From the IMG/VR virus record IMGVR_UViG_3300023184_000027, positions 143,953-207,952 of that record: 64,000 nt of DNA; one strand, given 5' to 3'. This document shows, one piece after another, positions 19,401 to 30,583 of this stretch. The position numbers were made by a program, and so were the translations under genes. Positions within the stretch are counted from its first letter, which is position 1. Each line of letters begins with the position of its first letter. The notes under the pieces were generated by a model. The model was not told where the DNA came from. It saw only the letters and a program-made list of their open reading frames with translations, and searched no databases.

Positions 19401-22400
19401 TGGTGTTTTAGTTGGGGTTTTAGTTGGGGTTGGAGTTTTAGTTGGGGTTGGAGATAATCCTGGTGTTGGTGTTAGTGTTGGTGTTGGAGTTGGATTTAAA
19501 CCTTTTGTTGGTGTTGGTGTTTGTGTTGGTGTTTTAGTTGGTGTTGGTGTTTGTGTTGGTGTTTTAGTTGGCGTTTTAGTTGGCGTTGGAGTTTTAGTGT
19601 TTGTAGGTGTTGGTGTTGGTGTAACTGATATAGCATCGCCGGTTATTATCCAACCAAAAGTATTTATAAGCACACCTCGTGGATTGTCCTCTATTATGGT
19701 ATATGTTAATCCGACAGCACCTAACGGAACATTATATTTTTTTATTGGTAACACCGACCATTTTAATAATAAATTATCATAATTTGTTAAGCTCATAGTA
19801 CTTCCGTTAAACATGTTCTCCATGTTAACGACTGATTTAATATCCCAATTTGATATATCTTGATTAAATAGTGTTGAATAGAACATACCTCCCATATGAG
19901 TCACATTACTAACATTCCAATTACCAATTGGTTGGTCAAATTGACAATCGTAGAACATACCACGCATTGTAGTTACCCCACTAACATTCCAATTTTCAAG
20001 ACTTTCATTATATTTTGAATTACGAAACATATAACTCATGTTAACAACACTATTGACATTCCAATCACCTATTGGTTGATTAAACGATGAGACGTAAAAC
20101 ATATAAGACATATCTTTAACGTTACTAACATTCCAGGAGTTAAGAGATTGATTAAATAATGATGTGTTAAACATATGTGACATATTGGTAACACCGCTAA
20201 CATTCCAACTAGAGATATCTTGATTAAATTTTGAAGACGCGAACATATATATCATATTACGAACATTACCAACGTTCCAATTTGAAATATTTTCATCAAA
20301 AATTGTTGCGTTAAACATATAACTCATATTAATAACTTTTGATGTGTCCCAATTATTTAAATCTTGATTAAATGGTGTTGAATAAAACATGTATGTCATA
20401 TTGGTAACATTACTAACATTCCAATTACCTATTGGTTGATTAAACGATGCGTTATAAAACATAAATGACATATCGGTAACATGACTAACAACCCAATTTG
20501 ATATATCTTCATTAAATATTGACCCTCTAAACATCCCTAACATAGTCGTAACACTACTAACATCCCAATTTGATATACCCTGATTAAACACAGACTCTCT
20601 AAACATACTTGTCATAGTCGTAACACTACTGACAACCCAATTACCGATTGGTTGATTAAATGATGAAGAGTAAAACATAGATGACATATCTTTAACATTA
20701 TTAACATTCCAATCACCGATTGGTTGGTTAAATCTTGATAAAGTAAACATATTTGACATATCAATAACGTTACTAACATCCCACATAGAAATATCTTGGT
20801 CAAATAACGATGAAGTAAACATACTTCTCATATCTGTTACATTACTAACATCCCAAGTCGATATGTCTTGGTTAAATAATGAATCATAAAACATGGTTGC
20901 CATATTGGTAACACTACTAACGACCCAATTACCGATTGGTTGATTAAATATTGATTTATAAAACATGTTTGACATATCGGTAACATTACTAACATCCCAA
21001 TTTGATATATCTTGATTAAACGATGTGTTATAAAACATTCCTGTCATATTTGTTATATTACTAACATCCCACAATTCTATATTATTAATTAAGGTTAAAT
21101 TGGTACAATTAAAGAATAACCGGTATAAACTAGTTGTGCCTGTTAATGTTAATGCGTCGTTAACATTGTCTAAAACTAAATTAGTACACCCATAAAAACA
21201 AGAAGTACTATTCCCTAAATTTAAACAACCCCAATTAACTATTGATAAGAGCTTAGTTTTGTCAATATTATTCCCAAAAGACCACTTTACTACCACACCA
21301 GTTATTGTAATTGTATAATCACCACCATCAGCATAAATGTGTTTTCTGTTTGCATAACTATTCACAGAAGTCGTTCCATCCCCCCAATCTATCGTACCAC
21401 TATATGTTCCTCCGACTACATAAGGTAATGTAACACTATTAAATGACGATTTTAACCTCCATGTTGATATAAAATCTAGATTATGTGATATTACTATTGG
21501 GGTGGGTGTAGGTGTTGGTGTTAGAGTTTCTGTTGGTGTATTAGTTGGGGTTGAAGTGTTAGTTGGGGTTAAAGTCAAGGATAATCCTGATGTTGGTGTA
21601 GGTGTAGGTGATAATCCTGGCGTTGGAGTTGGAGTTGATGTCTCTGTAGGAGTTGGAGTGGGTGTCTCTGTAGGAGTGACTTCAGGAGTGACTAATGTAT
21701 AGTCAATATATACAACCTCACCAAAAGTGAAATTGGTGTTTGTTTGATTTACTAATGTAATCCCCGCTTCCGAAACAGTGTCTATAAAATAACCACTTTC
21801 GTCGCTAAGTATCTGAACTGAATCTGACCCACCACTAAACACCGCAACAGATTCATTCTGACCAATTGTAAGTAAAAAATTATTACCAACCATATTACCA
21901 AAATAATCGGTTTGATTAACACCATTATTATCAATGTTATTAAAATATATTCCACCATTCTCTGATATATTATTAGGGTTATTATCTGCAATATGTAAAC
22001 TATAATTAGCCAATAATGTTTCACCTGATAATGGAATATCAATATTACTTATTAAAGAATACGGAATACCATCATTTATTGATGATATATCGAGAGAATT
22101 AATTAATAATATGGATTCGGAAAATTTATACTGTGTGTTCTCAATAAAATAACCATCAATTGTTATATCACCTACAATACAATCGATGGATGTTATTGGT
22201 AAATTTATAACTCCAGGTCCATAAACAAACCAACCAACCTTTATATCACATAAATTAGTGTTAGAAAATTTACCTATGTTTCCTGTTGGGTTTTGATTGG
22301 TATATGGCCCTAAAAATGATTGAGTTGGGGTTGCAGTTGGAGTTGGAGTTGGAGTATTCGTAGGTGTTTGGGTTGGTGTTTGGTCCGGTGTTTGGTTTGG

Positions 22401-22643
22401 AGTTACTCGTATTCTTTCATATTTTATATCTGAAGGTGGCCAACTAATACTCGTTAACACTCTTATACGACCTAAACTATTATTACTAGAAGAAAAAGTC
22501 CCATTAATGCACCAAATATTTTTTATTTGGTTTGGCATTAACTCCACCTGTCTTTTCCAAACAGAATCAGACAAATTTTGAAAAGTTATAGTTATTTTTT
22601 CATCACCATCATTTATTACCACTAGTCTTTGACCTATTGACAT
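16500..22643 (-). CDS. Giant surface/virion protein: two PKD-like + DUF285 (BspA-like) repeat blocks, four Fn3-like repeats, Pro/Thr stalks
   Basis: TIDWGDGT x2; many [20 protein letters not shown] repeats; long TPTPTKTP runs; no signal peptide. Confidence 0.85.
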   Translation of the reverse strand: MSIGQRLVVINDGDEKITITFQNLSDSVWKRQVELMPNQIKNIWCINGTFSSSNNSLGRIRVLTSISWPPSDIKYERIRVTPNQTPDQTPTQTPTNTPTPTPTATPTQSFLGPYTNQNPTGNIGKFSNTNLCDIKVGWFVYGPGVINLPITSIDCIVGDITIDGYFIENTQYKFSESILLINSLDISSINDGIPYSLISNIDIPLSGETLLANYSLHIADNNPNNISENGGIYFNNIDNNGVNQTDYFGNMVGNNFLLTIGQNESVAVFSGGSDSVQILSDESGYFIDTVSEAGITLVNQTNTNFTFGEVVYIDYTLVTPEVTPTETPTPTPTETSTPTPTPGLSPTPTPTSGLSLTLTPTNTSTPTNTPTETLTPTPTPTPIVISHNLDFISTWRLKSSFNSVTLPYVVGGTYSGTIDWGDGTTSVNSYANRKHIYADGGDYTITITGVVVKWSFGNNIDKTKLLSIVNWGCLNLGNSTSCFYGCTNLVLDNVNDALTLTGTTSLYRLFFNCTNLTLINNIELWDVSNITNMTGMFYNTSFNQDISNWDVSNVTDMSNMFYKSIFNQPIGNWVVSSVTNMATMFYDSLFNQDISTWDVSNVTDMRSMFTSSLFDQDISMWDVSNVIDMSNMFTLSRFNQPIGDWNVNNVKDMSSMFYSSSFNQPIGNWVVSSVTTMTSMFRESVFNQGISNWDVSSVTTMLGMFRGSIFNEDISNWVVSHVTDMSFMFYNASFNQPIGNWNVSNVTNMTYMFYSTPFNQDLNNWDTSKVINMSYMFNATIFDENISNWNVGNVRNMIYMFASSKFNQDISSWNVSGVTNMSHMFNTSLFNQSLNSWNVSNVKDMSYMFYVSSFNQPIGDWNVNSVVNMSYMFRNSKYNESLENWNVSGVTTMRGMFYDCQFDQPIGNWNVSNVTHMGGMFYSTLFNQDISNWDIKSVVNMENMFNGSTMSLTNYDNLLLKWSVLPIKKYNVPLGAVGLTYTIIEDNPRGVLINTFGWIITGDAISVTPTPTPTNTKTPTPTKTPTKTPTQTPTPTKTPTQTPTPTKGLNPTPTPTLTPTPGLSPTPTKTPTPTKTPTKTPTPTKTLTKTPTLTPTPTLTSTPTRTPTKTPTQTPTNTKTSTPTPTNTKTPTQTPTQTSGIIYETPIIYNVQRVSINYYLIYFTTANNYPCNSVLSYGSLDNITWFSGTSNSCSSPVGLSTSLDSSGTIYVKIKQISIYGVESYSNIALYTNDAFTTSLPTPTPTPTPTPTPTPGLGAQNLPVITNIVRTGGSTYNIFVTPGNTSACLNIILYYSFNNVDWSYYGVYNCGSLFPFGSFSYTGIVYIKIGQTYVGSQTVIYSDISLYSGGVVITPISETSCLPPTIISVSNLSSSTLLVDFTPPVSCNSVIVQYSYDNISWGYASVTYGETNCSSPISFNSFKTTGDVYVRLIQYCSSNSTNSDYSNVVLYTFPSVTPTPTPTKTTTPTITPTPTTTPIVSGPQLVPTISSIIQRSTTVYQVYMVIGNTLPCQFMSIYYSFDNVTWANTNNMTCTTTTTFQTYSTYVSFIYVKIFQRYVDGSSVFSDVYLYQNGLTTLVVAPTPTPTPTITMSPTPTITQTPTMTRTPTRTPNPYGNDFTSRWRTLVINDTITLPYIVDGNYGGTIDWGDGTTSVNSYANRAHTYSSIGYYIIKVTGLVRGWEFNSDEALDYEDSGIYPNNYKIYSILNWGNFSLRGGTYAQFSYCVNLTLDSVIGVLNLTDYDEEENYGYITISGLFYKCHSIRTINNITSWDLRYITSLSSMFDGTQFNQDISSWNISGIRYMGGMFSYNTSFNQPNINNWDVSNVVSMSQMFYNSSFNQNISSWNVSGVTDMSYMFHGTPFNQPIGNWNVSNVTDMSYMFRRSSFNQPIGNWDVSKVTNMTGMFTENNLFNQSINNWDVSNVTSMSSMFNTSSFNQPLNSWNVSNVNNMSSMFSYNTSFSQDISNWNISKVQSMIYMFTNTTPMSSTNYNNLLIKWSQLRLTNNVAIGVRLDVPGFLYTSVSASNARYILTNICEWNIVGDIGSF
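19230..19625 (-). repeat. Longest Pro/Thr (mucin-like) low-complexity tract
   Basis: About 130 codons of [10 protein letters not shown]; shorter tracts near 17810-17905, 18215-18285, 18880-18930, 21500-21690, 22320-22410. Confidence 0.9.
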
Positions 22644-22667
22644 ACTATTTTCTTTTTAATCACAATG

Positions 22668-23771
22668 TTATGTTGGTATCTCAACGGCAAAACAAATTTC
22701 ACCATGTTCTCTTATTAATCTTTCCATATCAGCAAATGAAATATAGGAGTGTCCTGATTGACCCCAAGATTTTCCCCAACTATTTTTAATTCTGAAAAGT
22801 CTCGTCACCGTATTAACACCATTAATAACATAAGCGTGTCCTCCAGCAATACGACCACTAATTCTAATTAAACCATTTCTATCTGGATAAAACATCCCAT
22901 TATACCAATTAGTTCCAACAACAACAGGACCTAAATTTAAAACAGAATTTATTAAACTTGTTAAATCAAAACCCCAATAATAGGAAGAAACTTTACGAAC
23001 ACTTTGTAAATATTTAACACCACCTCTAACTGATGTACCATCATAATTCTCACCAACCCATTCGTCAACTCTTTGAGCGTTTTCATAAATAACCCTAGGC
23101 GGTATTATCGGAGCAACCCCACTTTGAGGAACCGGACCATCTTCTAACCAATGAGCCCAAGCATATCCAACACATTGGGGTGTATTACCTTGGTTACCCC
23201 ACCATCCATTATCATCCCAGTATCTATTGGTAATTCTAACAGGTACGGCACTTAAAAGATTATTTATAGAATATTTATGGTCTCTTTCATCAGGTATATA
23301 TTGTCTACCTAATTGATATGTTTTATTAATACTTTCTATAAGAACAATTGGTTCGTTAACACAACAAGGAAATTCTGAAACATAACAACTATCATACACC
23401 AAATCATCGGCAATGAATGATTCCTGAACATTAATATTAAGTTTTTCTCTAATTGGTAAGATAAGTACACCATCAGAATTTCTTAACATAAACTCACCTT
23501 CATACCTACCAACACGATTGGTGTCTTTGGATGTGAATTGGTAATATATGTAATATTCTGGTTCGGCATTGGGGTCTATTGAGGTTTTCTCAACAAATCC
23601 ACCCGGTCTTGAAGTAATTTTTGGTATTCCCGTTTCTACATCTACCATTGAAAAGAAAATTGACGATAACTCTATGGTTTTCATAAAATTATTGTAATCA
23701 CTTCTTCCATCTTTTACGACTTGGAATTTTAAAACAGGTAAAGTCGAGTTTTTCTTAATAAAAAAATCCAT
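22668..23771 (-). CDS. BppU-like baseplate/fibre-attachment domain fused to papain-like (C1) cysteine peptidase
   Basis: N-term FFIKKNSTLP...YQFTSKDTNRVGRYEGEF; C-term NQGNTPQCVGYA, GGHAYVING, IKNSWGKSWG. Confidence 0.8.
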   Translation of the reverse strand: MDFFIKKNSTLPVLKFQVVKDGRSDYNNFMKTIELSSIFFSMVDVETGIPKITSRPGGFVEKTSIDPNAEPEYYIYYQFTSKDTNRVGRYEGEFMLRNSDGVLILPIREKLNINVQESFIADDLVYDSCYVSEFPCCVNEPIVLIESINKTYQLGRQYIPDERDHKYSINNLLSAVPVRITNRYWDDNGWWGNQGNTPQCVGYAWAHWLEDGPVPQSGVAPIIPPRVIYENAQRVDEWVGENYDGTSVRGGVKYLQSVRKVSSYYWGFDLTSLINSVLNLGPVVVGTNWYNGMFYPDRNGLIRISGRIAGGHAYVINGVNTVTRLFRIKNSWGKSWGQSGHSYISFADMERLIREHGEICFAVEIPT

Positions 23772-23817
23772 CTATTATTTTTTATTATAAATAGTTGGAT
23801 TTTTAAAAATAAATGAT

Positions 23818-25494
23818 TTAACTCTCTTTTCTTAATGAACCATCGTAATGTTCAAATCGGTCGTGTTCTGTTGGTGTTAACAATAATAATCCCGGATTGA
23901 TTTTTCCTTTGACGGTTTCTTGATAACTATATGACATAAGGGTCTGTTCAAATGGATGCGCCCACTTTGTTTCTAAATAACATTTGTAATTGCCCTCTCT
24001 TGATAACACAATTGGCCAATTTGAAAGGTAGACTTCTCCTGTAACATATGGTAACCCTTTGTGAATATGAATTTCTTTAAATTTTGTTTTTGGCGAATTG
24101 GGGTCTAAACCTTGAACAGGTAATTTAGGGTTGTTTGGCCAATGTTTTTGTCTAAAATCTTGGGGTACATTATACCAACTCCATTGTACACTATTATCAC
24201 CAAAAAACTCACTAAAATTAAGTTTAAGAAAATCAAAATTTTCTTTAGCAAGTATATCTAATGATTTTTGATATAAGTTATCAACAAAACGGGGGAATCC
24301 ATTTCTACAAACTTCACCTTTTTTAGGGTAAAACGCCATATCATCTTCAAACCACCAATAACAATCTAAATCAGTTTCGTCAAAATGTTCAGCAACAAAT
24401 ACTCTACCACCAACAATACCAATATTATCTTTTTTAATATGTTCAAAACCATATTGCTCACATAGTTCAATATATCTCGGTGTTGTGGATAAATCTGTTG
24501 AGTTGTCTAATAAAAATTTCTTTGGTTTCTCCACAAAATCTTTATCGTAGTCCAACATAGATTGGATAAGAACTTCTAATTGTTTTGGTGAATTAAATGT
24601 AATGACATAAAGACCAACTTTTGATGTGTCTAAATTATTCACAATAACATCTTTAGATACTTCCGATTTAACCTCAACCGTCATATCTTTTAAATCTTCA
24701 AAAAACTTACCCATTAACCCATTACCATCTATTTCTGAATAAGTAATTAAGTTTGGGTACTTATATGTCATAATAGTAAATAATGATTCTTCAGTACCCA
24801 TTAAACCATTTGAAAGGGTTTCATTCATTAATCCGTAATAAATGTTATTAATTTCGGATATAACATCTTTTTTTCCACCAAAGAAACCTGCTCGAGCAAC
24901 CATATTAACAGGTTTACCTGCTAAATCACATAACTCTTGATACTTGAATCCGTGAATTTCACTATTAGTTTCATAAGGAAAACAAACAAAGTGGAAATTC
25001 TTAACTAATTTAGGTAATTTATCTAAAACTTTGTCATGAGTAAAGTATCCAGGGTGGATTGTATTGGTTAATCCGGCATCAATCCAAAACATATATTCCG
25101 AATCAAACTTATCTAATATTTTCGCATCATGTAAAAGATAAACTTTTGACATAACCAAAGGGTTATACATTTCTAATTTGGCTTGTGTTGAATCAGTTAA
25201 CCAACCGACCTGATTATACCAATCAGGGTTTGTTCTTATCTTTTTAATTTTATCGTAAAATTCGTTATTTTTAAACCAAGATAAATCTCTACGAACAAAT
25301 TGAGTGTTTTCACTTCGTCGATTATTTAATACAAAATTCTCTAATTCTTCATCTCCAAAAATTATCATATTAACATCAACTTGTAATAATTGTTGAAACT
25401 TATCTAAATAATGTTGGAATGAACGGGACCACCCTTCTTGAAGGTCTCCTCTACCTATGTCCCATAATCCTGTAACTAATGTTATTTTACTCAT
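23818..25494 (-). CDS. HtrL/YibB-like glycosyltransferase fused to a GT-A domain
   Basis: ITLVTGLWDIGR, FWIDAG, GFFGGKK, GTEE; second domain LYVITFNSP...LLDNS...FEDD. Confidence 0.7.
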   Translation of the reverse strand: MSKITLVTGLWDIGRGDLQEGWSRSFQHYLDKFQQLLQVDVNMIIFGDEELENFVLNNRRSENTQFVRRDLSWFKNNEFYDKIKKIRTNPDWYNQVGWLTDSTQAKLEMYNPLVMSKVYLLHDAKILDKFDSEYMFWIDAGLTNTIHPGYFTHDKVLDKLPKLVKNFHFVCFPYETNSEIHGFKYQELCDLAGKPVNMVARAGFFGGKKDVISEINNIYYGLMNETLSNGLMGTEESLFTIMTYKYPNLITYSEIDGNGLMGKFFEDLKDMTVEVKSEVSKDVIVNNLDTSKVGLYVITFNSPKQLEVLIQSMLDYDKDFVEKPKKFLLDNSTDLSTTPRYIELCEQYGFEHIKKDNIGIVGGRVFVAEHFDETDLDCYWWFEDDMAFYPKKGEVCRNGFPRFVDNLYQKSLDILAKENFDFLKLNFSEFFGDNSVQWSWYNVPQDFRQKHWPNNPKLPVQGLDPNSPKTKFKEIHIHKGLPYVTGEVYLSNWPIVLSREGNYKCYLETKWAHPFEQTLMSYSYQETVKGKINPGLLLLTPTEHDRFEHYDGSLRKES

Positions 25495-25495
25495 A

Positions 25496-26254
25496 TTATC
25501 TTTCTAAATATTGTAATTTATAAAACTTATCGGCGTTATCAGATGCACTTTCTGAGCGGTACCACCAACAACCACCTCTTTCATTTGGTAAATGTCCGAT
25601 AATTGGAAATGATTCTACTCTTGGGGAGAAATCGGTATCTTTATCATAACTAACTACCCATTTTTCAATATTGTGTTTACCCATATATGCTGATAAAATT
25701 ATATCGTCACTCCAAGATTCACCAACAAATTCAGTAAAAAAATCGGATTTAAAAAAACTTCTCTTATATGATGCTGTTTTGTAACCCTCAATAATCTTAA
25801 CTCTAACATCTTGTGTAACTGTTGTACAAAAATGACAAGTACCATTCAAAGCCGACATACCAGCAAACCCAATTACAGCATTTGGGTATTGTTTTCTTTT
25901 TTCTAAATGATATTCTATAAAACCATCTTCGTAAGATAAATCATCATCAACAATAATAATAATAATATCTTCATTTTCGTCTGTTCGTAAAATTGTTGGT
26001 AAAATTTTAGTCATAGACCCATAATCATCAGTTCTAAATATTTTTAATTTTGAATCGGTAATTTCCGACAACCAAGAAGGTATTGAATACTCTTCGTTTG
26101 TTTTTTTAACAATATATGGTATGTTAAGATGAATTTCATAATTAGTATATGAAAGGGTTAATAATCTATTTATAACTGGTTGTAAACCCCCATTTGGGTC
26201 GTGGTAATTTAGTCTTGAAGGAATAGTTGTTAAACTAATAATTATTTTTTCCAT
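25496..26254 (-). CDS. GT-A fold glycosyltransferase
   Basis: IIISLTTIPSRL, DYGSMTKILP, IVDDD, SDDIILS. Confidence 0.75.
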   Translation of the reverse strand: MEKIIISLTTIPSRLNYHDPNGGLQPVINRLLTLSYTNYEIHLNIPYIVKKTNEEYSIPSWLSEITDSKLKIFRTDDYGSMTKILPTILRTDENEDIIIIIVDDDLSYEDGFIEYHLEKRKQYPNAVIGFAGMSALNGTCHFCTTVTQDVRVKIIEGYKTASYKRSFFKSDFFTEFVGESWSDDIILSAYMGKHNIEKWVVSYDKDTDFSPRVESFPIIGHLPNERGGCWWYRSESASDNADKFYKLQYLER

Positions 26255-26263
26255 TATTGTAAT

Positions 26264-26959
26264 TTATTTATTTTTATTAATATCGTATTTTAAAAACAAA
26301 GTTTGTCTCCCATTAAATAATGGGATATACCCTTCTTCTAATAAAACAGGAGATAGTAAAGCATCTTTACCACCATCATTTGTTATGTAATCAGTATCAT
26401 CAATTAAAATTAAATTTGTGTCTGATAGTTTATCTTTTGATGCGTAATACGCCTCTAAATGTTTTTCAGCATACATTGGAGTACCTTTATCCCAACCATC
26501 TAAAAATAAGACATCAATTTTAGATGGAAATTCTTTTAAAAATTCTATACCGTCTTTTGGTATTACAATATTTAAATTATTAGGTACCTCTCGACCTAAA
26601 TTAGAATAAGACCATTTAACACCATTAATACAATTTATATCAATATCTACGGTATGTACATCAAACCCTGCTTCTACCCAAAAAAAACCTCCGTGACCAT
26701 CACAACAACAAGGGGGTGATAAATAAGAATTGTTTTCACTATTATAATAATCAACACATCCTTGTGTAACAGATAATCTTGTTGACCCAATTTCAACAAC
26801 GGTTTTCATTTGCAAATAGTTAGCGATTTCTATAGCTTTTTTTAAATAATATGCGGGTTTAGAACGTTTAAAATCATAATCTTCTCCGGTTAAATTATCG
26901 TATGTCCAAAATTTCTTATCAATTTTGAAATTATGAACCATTTCATATATTTTTTTCAT
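26264..26959 (-). CDS. Class I SAM-dependent methyltransferase-like
   Basis: VVEIGS, HTVDID, DGIEFL, IDVLFLDG, ILIDD. Confidence 0.7.
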   Translation of the reverse strand: MKKIYEMVHNFKIDKKFWTYDNLTGEDYDFKRSKPAYYLKKAIEIANYLQMKTVVEIGSTRLSVTQGCVDYYNSENNSYLSPPCCCDGHGGFFWVEAGFDVHTVDIDINCINGVKWSYSNLGREVPNNLNIVIPKDGIEFLKEFPSKIDVLFLDGWDKGTPMYAEKHLEAYYASKDKLSDTNLILIDDTDYITNDGGKDALLSPVLLEEGYIPLFNGRQTLFLKYDINKNK

Positions 26960-26964
26960 TTTTT

Positions 26965-27648
26965 TTACATTATAGGGTTTAGATATGAATCTCCATTTAT
27001 TGTTAAATCAACGGAATGATATCCACATTTTTCCGAAAAATCATTAACTATTTTTTGAGCATCATCTAAAGTTAAATCATTATGAAAATTATTTTCAAAT
27101 AAAATAAATGGTTTGATATTATTTTTAATCAAATATCCCATCATATCTTTTATAATTGGTAAATCTCTATTTTCAGTATCTATTTTAATAAATGTAATTT
27201 CATTTGGTAAAATAGTATTTATTTTTTCTAAAAAATAATCCATTTTATAAAATTTAGTTTCACCATAAGATTTTGAAACTTTAGATAACCCTAAGTTAAT
27301 ACTATCATCTAAATCTTTATTTGACCAATAATCAATTCCCGAATCGTCAAAAAGAAAATCCCCCTCAACATCTGACAACCCAAAATTATGTACGGTCACC
27401 TCAAGATTATTTTTAAATTTTTCAACCATATATTCACTAAGTCTTTTAGATGCCTCAACAATTATACATTTATCTACTTTATATTTTTTAGACACTTCAT
27501 CATAAAATTTACCAACATTCCCCCCAATATCAATAAATGAAACATTCTTAATATCTTTAGAATCAAGATAATCAAATAACCATTTTAATTCTATTCCTAT
27601 GTGTCTTAAAACAATTGTTTCATCCCAATATTTTATTGCATTATTCAT
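26965..27648 (-). CDS. FkbM-family methyltransferase
   Basis: FIDIGGNVG, VEAS, HNFGLSD, FIKIDTE. Confidence 0.8.
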   Translation of the reverse strand: MNNAIKYWDETIVLRHIGIELKWLFDYLDSKDIKNVSFIDIGGNVGKFYDEVSKKYKVDKCIIVEASKRLSEYMVEKFKNNLEVTVHNFGLSDVEGDFLFDDSGIDYWSNKDLDDSINLGLSKVSKSYGETKFYKMDYFLEKINTILPNEITFIKIDTENRDLPIIKDMMGYLIKNNIKPFILFENNFHNDLTLDDAQKIVNDFSEKCGYHSVDLTINGDSYLNPIM

Positions 27649-27667
27649 TATATTTTAATTTATTTTT

Positions 27668-28438
27668 TTATTTTAAATGTGGGTTTATTTTTAATTTATC
27701 TATATTCACATAAGCATCAATACAACCTCTAACCCAAATTGAATAATCAACATCTCTATCAATTATATTAGAAAATGAGGCTCCTTGATTAAAAATTAAA
27801 GGAGATGACATATAAACTTTTAAATCATTTTTTAGTATATTTTCACCATTTTCGAATGAATTAATTTGCCAACAATTTTTTTCAGTTAGTTGAGAAATGA
27901 AATAATCTATCGGAAGCCTAGAACTAAAATGTTTGTTATCGGCATAACGTAAATTTTCGATTAAAAATTTTGCATATTTTAATGAACCAAGATATGCGTG
28001 GGACATTAAAGTTTTCTTAGTTTTTACCAAATTATTGGAAATATAATCTGTGTCTTCTTCAGGTCTAACACCTAACCATAAAACATCGGGTTTATATTTT
28101 TCTAAATCTTCAATTATTGATTTAGAAACTTTTTTTCTATCAACCGTTTCTAACGGTATTGTTTGAGAATAATAATATTCTGTTTTTATATCATCCTCCA
28201 AATAAAGAACATATCCCCAATTATTTTCTACCTGTTTTTTAGCGATTTCAATATGGCTTTGAGTACACCCATATTTATTAAAATTTGGGTCAGATATGGA
28301 TACGGCCTCAAATATTTGAACACCCTCAATCCCACTATCAATAAGTTCTTTTTCAGCGATTAATAATCTATCAGTTCTTTCTTTTAAATTTATTAAAAAC
28401 CCGGTATCACAAAGATACTCCCCAAACCATTTAATCAT
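27668..28438 (-). CDS. GT25-like glycosyltransferase
   Basis: LINLKERTDR, GCTQSH, LEDD, SHAY, PIDYF. Confidence 0.75.
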   Translation of the reverse strand: MIKWFGEYLCDTGFLINLKERTDRLLIAEKELIDSGIEGVQIFEAVSISDPNFNKYGCTQSHIEIAKKQVENNWGYVLYLEDDIKTEYYYSQTIPLETVDRKKVSKSIIEDLEKYKPDVLWLGVRPEEDTDYISNNLVKTKKTLMSHAYLGSLKYAKFLIENLRYADNKHFSSRLPIDYFISQLTEKNCWQINSFENGENILKNDLKVYMSSPLIFNQGASFSNIIDRDVDYSIWVRGCIDAYVNIDKLKINPHLK

Positions 28439-29331
28439 ATAAAATTTTTTTCTTTTAATATGTCATACAAATTATCTTCACTATTTAATTTGTCAAGAGT
28501 GTATTCGTAATTCTGTTTAATTGAGTTATTGTGAGAATAATAATCATCATTTTTTAATATTAATTGAATAATCATATCAAGGTTTGAAAATGATTCATCA
28601 AAATTAAAATCTACTTTATCGATATTTGGTGAAAAATAAAACACTGACTCTTCATTATAATTTTTATCAATTAATCTTGACCCCCAATATATCGGTATTG
28701 ACCCAGTTAAAAAACAATCATTAAGTTTTTCAGAATTAAACCCTTTTTGTAATGAGTTCTCACAACAAATTGTGTATTTGTAATCCACCATAGCATTTCT
28801 AAATTCTCCCGAAAAATTCTCAACACCACTACCATAAAAATCTATAATATTTTCATTTTTATATTTTTCATAAATTAAATGTCTAATTCTATGCCCTTCT
28901 GAAAAATTTTTATATGAAAATGACATTGAAATATTTTTTGTTTTTTTATGTAATCCAATATGTTCTTCTGATAACCAAGAAGTTGTTAAACATTTTGTGG
29001 AATAATGAAATTTATCAGGACGAGATTCTATTAAATCTCCCAATAATTGTAAATTGTGTGTGATTATTAAATCAAATTTTTCAAAATCCGTTCTAATATA
29101 ATCGTACACATCAGTCCATGGTGGGTTGGTATATGGTTCTAATAAAATGCAAATATTGTAATTACCATCGTTTGGTATGTCAATATGTGTTTTTTTAATT
29201 AAATTATCGGTATACACATTTAATTTTCTTCTAACACCATCTCTTTTCCATATTATTTTTTTAGAATTTAAATAAGGTGTTAAATATGTTTGATGTCCAA
29301 AACTATTATCGTTTAATGTGATTTCTATCAT
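28435..29331 (-). CDS. GT10-like (fucosyltransferase-type) glycosyltransferase
   Basis: YKYTICCENS...SEKLNDCFLTGSIPIYWG matches the alpha-1,3-FucT motif. Confidence 0.75.
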   Translation of the reverse strand: MIEITLNDNSFGHQTYLTPYLNSKKIIWKRDGVRRKLNVYTDNLIKKTHIDIPNDGNYNICILLEPYTNPPWTDVYDYIRTDFEKFDLIITHNLQLLGDLIESRPDKFHYSTKCLTTSWLSEEHIGLHKKTKNISMSFSYKNFSEGHRIRHLIYEKYKNENIIDFYGSGVENFSGEFRNAMVDYKYTICCENSLQKGFNSEKLNDCFLTGSIPIYWGSRLIDKNYNEESVFYFSPNIDKVDFNFDESFSNLDMIIQLILKNDDYYSHNNSIKQNYEYTLDKLNSEDNLYDILKEKNFI

Positions 29332-29335
29332 TTTT

Positions 29336-30583
29336 TTACAAATTACCTGTTATTCTTTCACACCAACCTTTTGACGTACTAAACGGCCAAACAACCCAAT
29401 ACTTTGGTTTATGTGCTGTTTGAAATTCTCTCCAAACTTTACAATACCCATCAGGGTCTCTCATCATATTATTAATCTCATTAATATCGGCGTCTCGTCT
29501 ATTTAATGTTTCGTCGTTTTCATCGTGAAAAGCAACAACCCAAAATTCATAATCTTTTTCCGGAACTTGAGTAAATCCAATATCAATACAATGTTTAAAA
29601 ATACTGGCATAACTCGCCAACCATTCTTCTTCAGTTTCATAAATTGTTGGATTCGGAGCGTAATGTTTGTCTAATGTGTATTGTTGAACAGCCCTATTTG
29701 AAAATTTAAGACCTGAATAAATTTCATAATCTTTTAATGTTCTTTCAGTTCCAAAACCATAGTAACTAAAATCCATAGTAACCTCCTCACCATCCATACC
29801 AAATAGTTGACGGTTTTTTAAATGAGATAATTCGTTTTTCTTACCCCATTCTTTATCGTCATCCCATTGTTTGGTTCTACCCTTACGAGTATATTCGTGC
29901 CAAATAACGGTTTTATGTGGGTGGAATAAATCATATCCGTGAGTATATGCTCTAACGGCAATTGAGATTTCTTCACCGTGGAAATAGAACTCTGGGTCGT
30001 GTTGAACCTCAACACTAAATTGACCTAATGTGAAGGCCATGTGTGCAGAATAAAATCTTGAAGTAACTGGTTCTTTAAGGTTTTCCCATCCCGGAATTGT
30101 TTCAGGTAAGAAGAAGACAGCTCCTTCAGGTATGAATCTATCAAACGACATTCTCCATGGGTCTGTGACTCTTCCTGCCGGGTCATTGTCAGGGTCAAAT
30201 GAAGAAACATATCCTGTTAATAAAGGTTTCTTAAATCCTTTCTTTTGAAGTTGTTTAATCATTTTGATTAAGGTGTCGTCCCAATCTTTCTCAAATCTCA
30301 TATGAGAGTCAATTTGTAGGGTATATTCCTCACCTTTATATAATTGTTGTACTTGGTTTCTTGCCCAACAAACACCTTTAGATTCGGTGTATAAAACGTC
30401 AACAACTCTAAATCTTTTATCTTTTGCGTATTCAGATAAATCATCAAACCCATCTTCCGGGTGATATTGACGACAGATTCCAATTACCAAATTTTTAGGT
30501 TTTTTTGCATTCTCCAACATTGACTTAATTGTTGGAATAAGTTGGGGGTCACGATAGGACGCGATTTGTACAAAAATTTTCAT
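29336..30583 (-). CDS. GT60-family polypeptide/hydroxyproline O-alpha-GlcNAc transferase (Gnt1/OGNT-like)
   Basis: IFVQIASYRDP, GVCWARN..Q.LY.GE.Y.LQIDSHMRF...WD, FHGEE, RAYTHGYDLFHP. Confidence 0.85.
   Translation of the reverse strand: MKIFVQIASYRDPQLIPTIKSMLENAKKPKNLVIGICRQYHPEDGFDDLSEYAKDKRFRVVDVLYTESKGVCWARNQVQQLYKGEEYTLQIDSHMRFEKDWDDTLIKMIKQLQKKGFKKPLLTGYVSSFDPDNDPAGRVTDPWRMSFDRFIPEGAVFFLPETIPGWENLKEPVTSRFYSAHMAFTLGQFSVEVQHDPEFYFHGEEISIAVRAYTHGYDLFHPHKTVIWHEYTRKGRTKQWDDDKEWGKKNELSHLKNRQLFGMDGEEVTMDFSYYGFGTERTLKDYEIYSGLKFSNRAVQQYTLDKHYAPNPTIYETEEEWLASYASIFKHCIDIGFTQVPEKDYEFWVVAFHDENDETLNRRDADINEINNMMRDPDGYCKVWREFQTAHKPKYWVVWPFSTSKGWCERITGNL

Noticed and set aside
19261-19782. + strand VGVGV ORFs (also 21502-21702, 40951-41388)
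   Set aside because: Antisense shadows of TPTPT codons; no independent coding signal
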